Below are positions 51,641 through 64,000 of a DNA stretch of 64,000 nt, piece after piece. Where the stretch lies: assembly GCF_006345805.1 (NCBI RefSeq), contig NC_043006.1:46190001-46254000 (forward strand). The letters are read 5' to 3'. How positions within the stretch are numbered: position 1 is the stretch's first letter; each line of letters begins with the position of its first letter. Source of the DNA: Octopus sinensis. Taxonomy: Eukaryota. Both the position numbers and the translations under genes were made by a program. The notes beneath the pieces were generated by a model that searched no databases, was not told the DNA's origin, and saw only the letters and a list, made by a program, of their open reading frames with translations.

Positions 51641-52789
51641 TATATATAATATATATATATAATAATGCATAAATATATGCATATATACAACATATATGTA
51701 CATATGTACATATATATGTATATATACATGCATATATGTGTACAGGACATCAAAAAAACTTTGAACACAAGGAGAAACGGAAACATAAAACAAAAACATA
51801 GAAAACGTACTTTTCTTTCGAACAACGAAAAAACAAACAGAGAAACGAGACATGCAACATAAAGAATATTCCCCTTCATCAGTTGTCACTGTTTCATCTA
51901 CTCGGCGTTTCCTTCTCATACAATTTCCTTCTCATATATTTTTACAGTGTGTGACATATAACGTTTAAAACTCAATATAGTATATTACGCTATTATTACG
52001 CTCCGATGCATGCGATCATTCATTTACAGGGTACAGTTGTACAGGCTGTAATGAGAGTAAAATATACAATGATTAAAGAACAAAGGACAAGAAAATTAGG
52101 TACGTATTCGTGCGTATATTGAATGTAAAATAATCATAAATAAATAGCATCCCACAATCATTTTAAGTGTATCTATTTCCTGAATCTACAATTCTTTGAA
52201 CCTAAACACACACAAAAATAAAATGCATATCTGTAAAAGAAGATGCTACTGGCGGAATATTGAATATTTCACGATATTTTCTCAAGTACTTGCTTATCCG
52301 GTTTCAGTTTCTCCTAAATAACGTGAATGAGTTATTATGCACTGACGAGAAAATGATATTCAGCTCAAGAAACATGTGTAGATATCATAACAAATATCAC
52401 GAACTTCTGATAAATTTCCAGAAAGGGTCAGTCGATCACAATTCATCATTTATGCTAATTTTTACAGCAACAACAGCATTTCAAGTACTTCTATCACATG
52501 AAACAACGGTAGGTTAAGTAGGAGCATAAAGAAGATTAATGATCTAACTCACACACACACAGCAGAGATGAGACGACAACGACCGTAATTGCCGTTCGTT
52601 GTATTCAATCTAACCGATTATTCAGTATGGCGTCGATTGTCTGAAAAAGGAAAAAAAAAAAAAAAAAAGAATTGTTGTCTTACTTTGTTTTTAACTCTTT
52701 CTGACCACCGTAGTTGTTAATTGGAAATGCTCTCGATGTGGCGTAGTAAGACACACACACACACACGCAGGTGTCTGCATGTGTACACG

Positions 52790-52828
<39 letters not shown>

Positions 52829-52832
52829 GTAC

Positions 52833-52903
<71 letters not shown>

Positions 52904-52937
52904 AATCTATTTATCTATCTGTCTGTCCGTCTGTCTG

Positions 52938-53000
<63 letters not shown>

Positions 53001-53009
53001 GTCTGACTG

Positions 53010-53063
<54 letters not shown>

Positions 53064-53097
53064 AATCTATTTATCTATCTGTCTGTCCGTCTGTCTG

Positions 53098-53128
<31 letters not shown>
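52833..53128. repeat. (TATC)n array with TGTC/TCAA interruptions
   Basis: Direct reading. The interruption pattern recurs at 54154-54604. Confidence 0.95.
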
Positions 53129-53129
<1 letters not shown>

Positions 53130-54151
53130 GGGGTTTAGTGGAGGGGAGGTACGACGACGAGCTCGGGGCGAACCTGGACGTCGACGAGGAGTACCTGACC
53201 CGCCTGTTCGGGACGACTTTCGGGCCAGGGCCCATGGACAACTTCCAGAGATCCCTGGCCTGGCAGTGCTACCGAGAAGCGCTACCCGTTCGGGATAAGC
53301 TCTACAGACACGGCTCGAGAAACACGGGGCCGACCTGCCCGAGATGCGGTCAGAGCGACGAACCGTTCTGCACGCACTCGTTCAGTGTCCAACAATTTCC
53401 GACCTGTGGGCTTATGTCGAACACTGCTGCTGTCACGTGTGGGACGAGTCGGTTTATCAGCTGAGTCTATCGTCAATATTGTCACGCCTCCTTCCTTCAA
53501 ACGGGAAGGAAGAGCTATTTTCATCATCCTTGTGGCTATGGCGAAAGAATGTATCTGGTGGACGCGTCTGAAAGGATTGGAGACAAACACTTTCCTCTCT
53601 GGTCAATCTCTCATTAACTTCTTCAAGTACCACTTGAAAAGGAAAGTGAGAGTAGAGAGGCAAGTTTTGTCTAGCGAATGTTTTAAAAAAAGATGGGTGA
53701 ATGTAACAAGAATGGCACGTATGAATGACGAAGCCACCTTGAGCATAGTCCTATGAACCCAGAAATCGAAAACAGAGAGTTGCTTATTTGCAAAAAAAAA
53801 AAAAAAAAAAAAAGAAATATAAATGTGACTTCATTGACCGAGGTTACCGTGGTCTTTTCCGCAGGCTTTTCTTTCCACGGGTAAACCTCACCTGTCCTCC
53901 CCTTTACACTTCATATTGACATTTCTGTGATAACGATCCCTATTGATAATTTTTTTTCCTCTCCCCCCCCCTTTTTTTTTTTTTTTTTTTTTAACCCCCC
54001 TTATTTTTGTCCTCTTTCTCTCCTTTTACGATCCCTTTGATCGAACCTCCTACTTCCTTTTTTTTTTTTTTTTTTAATACCTTCAAAAGAAAAGCTCTAC
54101 CTTGTAATTTGTTCTATCTGTGTGCAGCCCTGTGTGGCTAATAAAGAAACA

Positions 54152-54153
<2 letters not shown>
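53129..54153 (+). mobile_element. Tx1/L1-clade LINE, 5'-truncated copy A
   Basis: GLVEGRYDD...[16 protein letters not shown]...SIVL*, then a 3' UTR ending AATAAAGAAACATA|(TCTA)n. Confidence 0.93.
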
Positions 54154-54232
<79 letters not shown>

Positions 54233-54245
54233 GTCTGTCTATCTG

Positions 54246-54279
<34 letters not shown>

Positions 54280-54313
54280 AATCTATTTATCTATCTGTCT
54301 GTCCGTCTGTCTG

Positions 54314-54396
<83 letters not shown>

Positions 54397-54405
54397 GTCT
54401 GACTG

Positions 54406-54484
<79 letters not shown>

Positions 54485-54505
54485 GTCTGTCTGTCCGTCT
54501 GTCTG

Positions 54506-55109
<604 letters not shown>

Positions 55110-55223
55110 TCTATCTATCTATCAATCAATCTATCTATCAATCAATCTATCTATCTATCTATATATCGATCGATCGATGTGTGTATGTATGTAACTATGT
55201 ATGTATGTATGTATGTATGTATG

Positions 55224-55256
<33 letters not shown>

Positions 55257-55257
<1 letters not shown>

Positions 55258-56700
55258 AGGTCGGGCGGAGGTGGTGAACACGTACATCGCGTCCGTCATC
55301 TACTACCGCCTGACCGTCGTACCTTGTCCCGACCCTACCATCACCAAACTACAACGCATTCTCTTTCGCTTCTTGTGGAAAGGATGCGTCCCGATGGTCA
55401 GGCGATCCATTTGCTGTCAACACCCGTTAAAAGGAGGGCTGGGCATGCCGTGGTTGATGATGCGCAGACACGCGCTGAGACTGCGACATCTCTGGCTCTA
55501 TGTAGACGACGGTGAACAGGTGTGGTCGCCGTTTGTGAGGCACGCTTTCCCGCAGCTCGTCTCCATGACCGAACTGCAGTCGTGGATCAAAAAGAGGCCG
55601 AAGAAGGGCGAATGGCACCGCGAGTGTCGCGTGCTCTCAAGCAACTCTGCCGTCCTGGGTCGACCTTGAGTGACTTCAACACAACCAAAGCATTCTATAG
55701 GGGTTTAGTGGAGGGGAGGTACGACGACGCGCTCGGGGCGAACCTGGACGTCGACGAGGAGTACCTGACCCGCCTGTTCAGGACGACTTTCGGGCCAGGG
55801 CCCATGGACAACTTCCAGAGATCCCTGGCCTGGCAGTGCTACCGAGAAGCGCTACCCGTTCGGGATAAGCTCTACAGACACGGCTCGAGAAACACGGGGC
55901 CGACCTGCCCGAGATGCGGTCAGAGCGACGAAACCGTTCTGTACGCACTCCTGCAGTGTCCAACAATTTCCGACCTGTGGGCTTGTGTCGAACAACTGCT
56001 GTCACGTGTGGGACGAGTCGGTTTATCAGCTGAGTCTATCGTCAATATTGTCACGCCTCCCTCCTTCAAACGGGAAGGAAGAGCTATTTTCATCATCCTT
56101 GTGGCTATGGCGAAAGAATGTATCTGGTGGACGCGTCTGAAAGGATTGGAGACAAACACTTTCCTCTCTGGTCAATCTCTCATCAACTTCTTCAAGTACC
56201 ACTTGAAAAGGAAAGTGAGAGTAGAGAGGCAAGTTTTGTCTAGCGAATGTTTTAAAAAAAGATGGGTGAATGTAGCAAGAATGGCACGTATGAATGACGA
56301 AGCCACCTTGAGCATGATCCTATGAACCCAGAAATTGAAAACAGAGAGTTGCTTATTTGCAAAAAAAAAAAGAAATATAACATGTGACTCCATTGACCGA
56401 GATTACCGTGGTCTTTTCCGTAGGCTTTTCTTTCCACGGGTAAACCTCACCTGTCCTCCCCTTTACACTTCATATTGACATTTCTGTGATAACGATCCCT
56501 ATTGATCAATTTTTTTTTCCCTCTCCCCCTTTTTTTTAACCCCCCTTTTTTTGTCCTCTTTCTCTCCTTTTACGATCCCTTTTGATCGAAACTCCCCCTT
56601 CCTTTTTTTTTCTTTTTTTTTTTAAACCTTCAAAAGAAAAGCTCTACCTTGTAGTTTGTTCTTTCTGTGTGCAGCCCTGTGTGGCTAATAAAGAAACATA
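55257..56700 (+). mobile_element. Tx1/L1-clade LINE, 5'-truncated copy C (ORF2 C-terminal third, one frameshift at ~55630)
   Basis: GRAEVVNTYIASVIYYRL...FLWKG...GGLGMP, zinc knuckle CPRC..(Y/H)ALLQC, stop at 56325, 3' UTR, then (TCTA)n. Confidence 0.95.
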
Positions 56701-57034
56701 TCTATCTATCTATCTATCTATCTATACATTTGCATATAAGTTTCAACGTATGCATTTATATAAATGAAACTGTTTTTTCTCTTCGCTGTCTCTTACTCAT
56801 TGTTTCCGTCTGTCTGTATGTCTGTCTATCTGTCTCTGTCTCTCTCTCTCCACACAAACACAAACACACATATACCTGCACACATAAATACAGGTAAGCT
56901 GATAAATGACGAAGAAAAGAATATATTTTCTTTACCATACCAAAGGTTGATATGATAAAAATATCGTCGTCTTTATCTCGATCTTATATCTTGAACCGAC
57001 ACCTTTTTTCTCAATTTTACAGGGACACAGAACC

Positions 57035-57740
57035 TTTCTTGTTTTAGTAGCAGTAGTAGTGGTAGTAGTAATAGCCACAACACTAGTTGTAGTAGTAGTT
57101 GTAGTAGTAGAAGTAAAAGAAGAAGCGGAAGAAATGAAGAAGAATAAGAACAAGTTGAAGAAAATGAAGAACGGGAAAGAAGAAGAAGAAGAAGAAGAAG
57201 AAGAAGAAGAGGAGGAGGAGAAGAAGAAGAAGAAGAAGAAATAGAAGAAGAACGGGGAAGAAGAAGAAGAAGAAAATGAAGATGGAGAAGAAGAGGAAGA
57301 AAGAGAACAGGAAGAATAGGGAAGAGGAAAGAGAGGAAGAACGGCGAAGTAGAAGAAGAGGAAAGGGAGAAGAAGAAGAAAATGAAGGGGAAAAGTAGGA
57401 GAGGAAGATGAAGAACGAGGAAGAAGAAGAAGGAGAAAGGGAGGAGAAGAAGAAAATGAAGGGGAAAAGTAGGAGAGGAAGATGAAGAACGAGGAAGAAG
57501 AAGGAGGAGAAGGAGGAGGAGGAGATGAAGTAGAAGCTAATGATGACGACGATGATGATGACGAAAAACATGCGATAGTAGAAGTAGAAGAAAAAAGGAT
57601 GAAGAAGGGCAACGACAGCAAGAACAACCAGAAGCAACAGCAGCAGTAGAAGAAGAAGAAAAAGAGGAGGAGAGGAAGAAGATGAGGAAGAAGAAGATGA
57701 AGAAGAAGAAGAAGAAAGGCGTCGTAGTAGTTGTGGTGGT
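57035..57740. repeat. (TAG)/(GAA)/(GAG) purine-rich low-complexity tract with an internal ~60-bp direct repeat (~57372 and ~57446)
   Basis: Direct reading. Confidence 0.9.
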
Positions 57741-57754
57741 GGAGTATGTTGTGA

Positions 57755-58040
57755 TTGTGGTGGTGTTTGTGGTGGTGGTGGTGGTGTTTGTGGTGGTGGT
57801 GGTGGTGTTTGTGGTGGTGGTGGTGGTGGTGTTTGTGGTGGTGGTGGTGGTGTTTGTGGTGGTGGTGGTGGTGTTTGTGGTGGTGGTGGTGGTGGTGTTT
57901 GTGGTGGTGGTGGTGGTGTTTGTGGTGGTGGTGGTGGTGGTGTTTGTGGTGGTGGTGGTGGTGTTTGTGGTGGTGGTGGTGCTGGTGTTTGTGGTGGTGG
58001 TGGTGGTGTTTGTGGTGGTGGTGGTGGTGTTTGTGGTGAT
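57755..58040. repeat. Minisatellite GTGTTT(GTG)4-6
   Basis: About 14 units of 18-24 bp. Confidence 0.9.
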
Positions 58041-58384
58041 ACTGTGTGTTGCAGCTGCTGATAATGAGAGAAAAAGAGAAACGGTAAATAAATGGAATTG
58101 GGAATTGAAGAAATGAGGAAGATGAGAATATCTTGAAGAGAGAATGGGAGGAAGGCGAAGAAAGGGAGAAATAAAGATGAAGTGGCGAAAAAAATGACAA
58201 AATGATAATAGAAAAAGAAGAAAAAGAAAGTTATAAAAATGAACCAAAACCAAAACCAAAAAAAAAAACAGTATTAGGAATAGTGGTGGGGGGAGGAGGA
58301 TAGTTAAGATAAACGGAATGGTGGCGGTGAGAGGGAAGTAGAAAAGTAGAAAATGTAAACCCTTTGTGGCAAACGTCGTACTAA

Positions 58385-58443
58385 ATCATAGGAAGATTAG
58401 AACTACTACTACCACCACCACCACCACCACCAACAAAACCACC

Positions 58444-58509
<66 letters not shown>

Positions 58510-58512
58510 ACA

Positions 58513-58547
<35 letters not shown>

Positions 58548-58564
58548 AGCTGCTGCTGCTGCTG

Positions 58565-58640
<76 letters not shown>
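58385..58640. repeat. (TAC)/(ACC)/(TGC) compound microsatellite
   Basis: Direct reading. Confidence 0.95.
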
Positions 58641-58697
58641 AGAAGTTGTCGTAGTACTATAAGTAGTAGTAGAGGTAGTAATATTAGCAGTATACTA

Positions 58698-58944
58698 CAG
58701 GGTGTTCAAAAAGTCTCTCCGCAGTGAATTTTTTTTTCATTCTGCACTACACCATGGTGCTGTTTCAAGAGTTTTTCGGTGAACGGGTTATTTCGAAGGG
58801 ACTTTGGCCACCAAGTTCACCTGATTTGACACCGCCAGACATTTTTTTTTTTCTTTTTGCTGGGGAGCAAGTAAAGATCAATGTACAAGAATTGCCCGAA
58901 AACCATTTAAATACTTACAGCGGAGAGACTTTTTGAACACACTA
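58698..58944 (+). mobile_element. Tc1/mariner-derived MITE
   Basis: TA-flanked TIRs GTGTTCAAAAAGTCTCTCCGC. Relic peptide LWPPSSPDLTPPD. Confidence 0.85.
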
Positions 58945-59344
58945 TATTAGCCGTAGTAGACGTAGCAGTAGTAGAGGTAGTACTAATAGTACTAATAGCA
59001 GTAGTAGAGGTAATGATATTAGCAGTAGCATATATAATGGAACTAGTAACAGGAGTATTGGCAAGATTTGTAGTATTTGTGGAATTAGTAGTAGGGGTGG
59101 TACTAACGACACTCATAATTACCATAACAGCAGCAGTTGTAATTGCAGTAGTAGTAGTAGTAGTTGTAATATTATGATGATGATAATGATGAGGATGAGC
59201 GAGTGGATGTTGATGTTTATGATTATGGTGAAGATGAGGTGAAAAATAGGATGCTGAAGGGGATTGAGAGAACTGCAAAACAAGCGGAAAGAAATCTAAA
59301 AATGATTAGTATTACAATTTAATAATAGTTTTTAATTGAGACTC

Positions 59345-59500
59345 AAAGCCAGGAATTTTAAGTGGGGAGGGTGTCGTCGATACCTTCGATACATCGACAC
59401 TAGTACTTCTCTGGTACTTTATTTTATCGACACTGGGAGGGATGCAAAGCAAAGGAACCCCGGCGAGAATTTAAGCTCTGATCTTAAAGGGCCGAAACAA
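59345..59500 (-). mobile_element. SINE family B2 fragment, old
   Basis: Minus strand GTCGATAAAATAAAGTACCAG...GTCGATGTATCGA. Confidence 0.6.
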
Positions 59501-59897
59501 ATATATCAAGAAGATGGAATATGTAGTTTTTAACAAGCTCACTGGCTAATCGTAACACTAGCGCCTGTTCTGGCACTGTATTGCTGCATATCGCTGACGG
59601 AGCGATGAGTCACTGTTATCTCTAGTGGTTGAATGTCCATCATTGACGAGAGCCAGGAAAGTCGAAATCACATGATCTGGTGATCTCGGTGCTTCAGATG
59701 GCGGTGATTTATATCCTTGCTAGCGATATACAAAAGTGGGCATTTTGCGCCAAGAACCAATATGCGAGTTGGTTTCATGGTTGGTATCTACCGCAGTAAA
59801 ATTTGTTCTAAGAGAACTTCCAGGGGGATAAATATTACCTATTGTTGCATTGGTAGAAGCGACAGCTCTGAGCAAGGCCTTAGGCTGAAATACACAT

Positions 59898-60243
59898 CTT
59901 TTACTTGTTTCATTCATTGAACTGCGGTCACACTGGAGCACTGGCTTGAAGGGTTTTGAGTCTAACAAAAGTAACTCGGTAGTTCTATCATTTAAACCTG
60001 GGATGGAAACAAACAAACTACGGTTGTCAAGTGGGGGAATGTGACAAACACAAATCCAAATACAGACACACACATATGACGGGCTTCCACACACTTTCCG
60101 TCGATCAAAGTCACTCACAAAGCATTAGTCAATCCTGAAATATAGTAGAAGACACATGCAGAAGCTGGCGCGCAGTGGGACAGAACTGGAACCCACGTGG
60201 TTGTAAAGCTACATTCTTATCCACTCAGCTATGTCTCTGCCTG
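59898..60243 (-). mobile_element. SINE family A, old diverged copy
   Basis: TTTTACTTGTTTCATTCATT tail through GCAGTGGGAC..AACC..GTGGTTG head. Confidence 0.7.
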
Positions 60244-61088
60244 TAAAATGATTTCTTTCAAAGAAACATAAAAAAACAACGATTTTCTATGCTGGAAATC
60301 GAACTCGGTGGCCCTGAGTGCAAGCTAGGAATCCTAACCAGAAGATACAGAGGATATAATGAAAAGAAAAATTCTATATTTAATCAATTAACTGTTTTTA
60401 AGAGCTGAAGCTCAAAAGTCCTCACAGTAATTAAGGCCAAGCAACAAGATAATCTTTATGCAGGTTTCACACATTCATGATTATGAGAATCTCCTATTTG
60501 TTGGAAGATGACACATTGGAAAACCAAGTTCCCGTCGGAAATTGTCTAAAGTCGAGATCCGGATTACAATTATGTTGACACCGTTGAAGGGGGTCAACAT
60601 ATTGTCGGCTAACGTGAAGTCATTTCTGCGTTTGTTGTAAGAAAAGTAGGGGTTATATATATGGTAGGGAAGGTGACGATGATGGTGGCATGGGTATAAA
60701 AAGGGCTTTATTATAATTGATGGTGTGTTGTTAGTGACGGCTATGTTGGGTACGGAAAATGGATAAGGCGAAGCACAGTGTGTAACAGTTAGTGATAAAT
60801 TTAAAAGAAAAGATACGGAAGATAACGAAGCGAAAGAGGAACAGTTGAGGAGAGGGAGTGAGAAACAGAGGGAGAGAGAAAGCAATAAGAAGGAAGAGAT
60901 AAAGGCGATATTGATAATGAAGGTCAAATGTAGGAGTGTAGGACAGATAAGGGAAGGAAAAATTCAAACCAAACATACCACGCGTGCACACATACACGCA
61001 TACACTGTGATATATTACTGAATAAATTAGCGTACTCTCACACCAGAAGATATCCACTTATAGTTTTAGATAAGTATATTAATAAATA

Positions 61089-62240
61089 ACACAGGCGAAC
61101 AAAAACGTTGCTCTCTATTGCAAAAAAATTTGGGCCTGAACTAGGGATTATGGGCGCAGAATCCGAAAATCACATCCATTTATTACCATCATGTCAGGAT
61201 TTTAAGATACTGCATCTATAGAATTTCGTTGTTTTTCCATTAAAATATTTTATGAGGAACAAGGAATAACATAAAAACATACATAGAAATTGGTTTTTGT
61301 TAAAAACCAGAATGTTTTCTTAAAATTCTACTGAAAGATTATTAAAAGATCTTAAAGATTCTACAGGAAAATGACATCAACGTCCATTCCTAATTTCCAA
61401 TGAATTTGCACTTGAATGATTTTCTTCAGTGCTAAGCCTCACGAAGATCAAGAGCTAAGTTCCAACAATATTCCTAGACCACCATGTGCAAGTCCCATCT
61501 GCCTTGATACTTTTGTTCCATTGTCGTTATGTCCTGGTGGAAAAGTTCTCTCTGCCTGGCACTTGCGTTACCAATATTTTCAGGGAATTTCTCAACGTGA
61601 CTCTAAAGATGGTGAAGCTTCATGCACATATTTGCTCCCAGCTATAGAAAGTTCTCCGACATGTCGACTATTTCGGCATAATTGGCTGCTTTCACATCGC
61701 CCACAATATCATTTACAGCTATTGCAAATGAATTCCATCTCGCCGCTTCAATGCAATCCGTTGAATTTACGAAGTTCCCATCTTTCGTCAATTCTCTTAT
61801 TTGAGTCTCATCAAAGATTCCATCTTTTACCTTTTTATTGCTGAGGTCGGAAAATGTGCTACAGATATAGGGAAAGCATTTTCCAAGTTTACTCAGCACT
61901 TTAACAAACTACTTCATAATGCCACTTTTTAAAAGGCGTGGAAATGGGATGATTATTCTGGTTCTTCAACCACATTACAAAAACCCTGGAACTAATATCT
62001 CACTGCGTCCATTCTTTGGTTTCCCAATATTTTCCTCTGGGACTGCTGTCTCACATACTTATAAAGCATAGATATTTGGTGTACCCACTTTCTTAAATCC
62101 ACGATATTCCTCACCGATGATTGAGGTTCGGGTTTAGGTACCTTGAAATCTAGACGTGATGTTAAAACTGACTTCCATTTTTGGACTTAGAATATTAAAA
62201 ATAAAAGCCTTAAAATCAGATAAAAACCTATGGATAGCAA
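61089..62240 (-). mobile_element. Chapaev3-like (CMC superfamily) DNA transposon relic
   Basis: Minus frames GYTKYLCF..DS, IMK*FVKVL..LGKCFPYICSTF..LSNKKVKDGIFD..QIR, MKLHHL*SHVEKFPENIG..LFHQDITTMEQKYQGRWD..YCW. The family name is from my recollection of these motifs. Putative terminus CACAGGCGAACAAAAA at ~61089. Confidence 0.65.
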
Positions 62241-63084
62241 AATGTCTATTGAGTTGTGTAGTTTATTCATTAGATGTTTATGAGACTTAAAAGCAAGTAC
62301 ATTCATGCAAAAATGCTCGGTGTACACAGACCTGAATGTGTGTGTGTGTGAGTGCGTGCGTGTGTGTGTGTAGATAAAAAATTAACGTCGAGTTGACAAG
62401 TTGGTAGAGTTGTTAGGACGTTGGATAATGTATTTGATGTATTTTGTGCCGATTCTCTGCGCTCAGATCTGAAAGTCCGCCGAGATAAAGATTGCATTTC
62501 ATTATTTTGAGGTCGATATAAAATAACTAATGCAGAGCAGTGCATTGTCAAATGTGGAATCGGGTTGCACAAGATACGTTGAGGCAGTTCTTTGTGTGCT
62601 GACAGCAAAGCTGTCGACAACATTAGAGCCAACTCGTATCAGCCCACGTTAACGGCTTTTTCTTTGGATAATCCTGGGTCGCTTGTAGAGAAGAGAATTT
62701 CATAGACAAGGAAGTGGAAGTCTTCCTCAAAAACCTATTACCTAGGCCTGAATAACGGAGGCCTTCTGGCATGTTAAAATCACTGTTCATATGTATTCTA
62801 AAATTGATCCCAAATATACAGAATTATGACCAAGAACTTTCTGGGTGTGTCCATATAATGTTCCTCTAAAGTTAATGTATCTAGACCGACGTATTCTAAG
62901 CTAATTTTCCTTCATTCTTTTTAACGGTAGGGACACTGTCTTTCGGAGATATTTCGCTATTATTTGCACTGGGTTAAGCCAGCGAACTGGGAGAAGCAGT
63001 GGCATAGTGGATAAATTCTTCCAGTGCTACATTGTGAGTTCTAATGGTGCCGAGGTCACTTTCATATTTCATCCTTTCGCTGTC

Positions 63085-63486
63085 TTTTATTTACTTGTTT
63101 CAGTCATTTGACTGCGGCCATGCTAGAGCACCGCCTTTAGTCGAGCAAATCGACTCCAGGAATTATTCTTTGTAAGCCTAGTACTTATCCTATCGGTCTC
63201 TTTGGCCGAACCGCTAATGTTACGATGACGTAAACACACCAACATCAGTTGTCAAGCGATGTTGGGGGGACAAAAACAGACACACAGGCATATACACAAA
63301 CATACATATATATAGATATGTATATATACGACGGGCTTCTTTCAGTTTCCGTCTTCCAAATCCACTCACAAGGCTTTGGTCGGCACGAGGATGTAGTAGA
63401 ATACACTTGCCCAAGGTGCCACGCAGTGGGACTGAACCCGGAAGCATGTGGTTGGTGAGCAAGGTACTTACCACACAGCCACTCCT
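63085..63486 (-). mobile_element. SINE family A, full length, nested inside an older B2 SINE (~62990-63084 and 63487-63575, +)
   Basis: The B2 central domain CATCCTTTCG..GTC|GGTAAAATAA is split by this copy, with a possible short TGTC duplication. Confidence 0.88.
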
Positions 63487-64000
63487 GTCGGTAAAATAAA
63501 TGGCATTTAAGCTCTGAGGTCGATTAAACCTTTTTCCCCCCCACAAATTGCAGGAACTTGTGCCTATAGTAAGAAAAATTGTTTGTGGCAGTTTGAGTAA
63601 GTACATAGGGACTTTCGATCATGCACTTGATGTGCGCACGTGAGAACGATTGTGTGTATGTGCGCTTGTCTGTGAGTGAGTTTATAAATTTTCAGCATTT
63701 GTATCTCATTTATATCTTTAAAAGGAACCGATTCAACTTTGAAAACCTTTACTTTTAACGTATGCGATTGGTTGCATCGAGAATCATGGAAATATGTGTA
63801 AGCGGATGTTCCGCAACACGTACGCACCATACTGATACGCTTACCTCCGCATATACACGCAAATTCACGCACATAGTTATACATATATATATACATACCC
63901 TTAACGTATTTACCGACGGATATCCATAAGTACACACACAAACACACACGTACACCCACACTCACACACACACATGTATGTATGGATACATGCATGCATG

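Noticed and set aside
56932-58259. 422-aa and 240-aa poly-S/H/T ORFs
   Set aside because: Translations of trinucleotide arrays.

Overview
AT-rich, microsatellite-saturated, gene-free eukaryotic DNA. It is almost certainly octopus: the SINEs match my recollection of the Octopus tRNA-derived OR/OK-type families, which is an inference and not a database hit. I can support no host protein-coding exon. Nearly every ORF in the track is a translated microsatellite or a transposon relic. The window holds four tRNA-derived SINE families, LINE relics of four clades (Tx1/L1, CR1, RTE, R4/Dong), Tc1/mariner relics and MITEs, a non-autonomous Helitron, a Chapaev3-like relic, Penelope-like termini and a 100-N gap. 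Most interesting: (1) a Tx1-like LINE whose four 5'-truncated copies all sit in (TATC)n tracts in the same orientation, three of them head-to-tail at 52.8-56.7 kb; (2) a SINE sharing that LINE's 3' tail and forming GGTATT-junction tandems; (3) a second SINE/CR1 pair with a covarying 3' hairpin; (4) several minimal hammerhead-ribozyme folds with non-canonical cores (U4C, U3-A8, A6U), plus one near-canonical hammerhead downstream of a tRNA-type Pol III head; (5) an apparent ORF1-only (HAL1-like) element; (6) a perfect 41-bp palindrome. All alignments and counts were made by eye.
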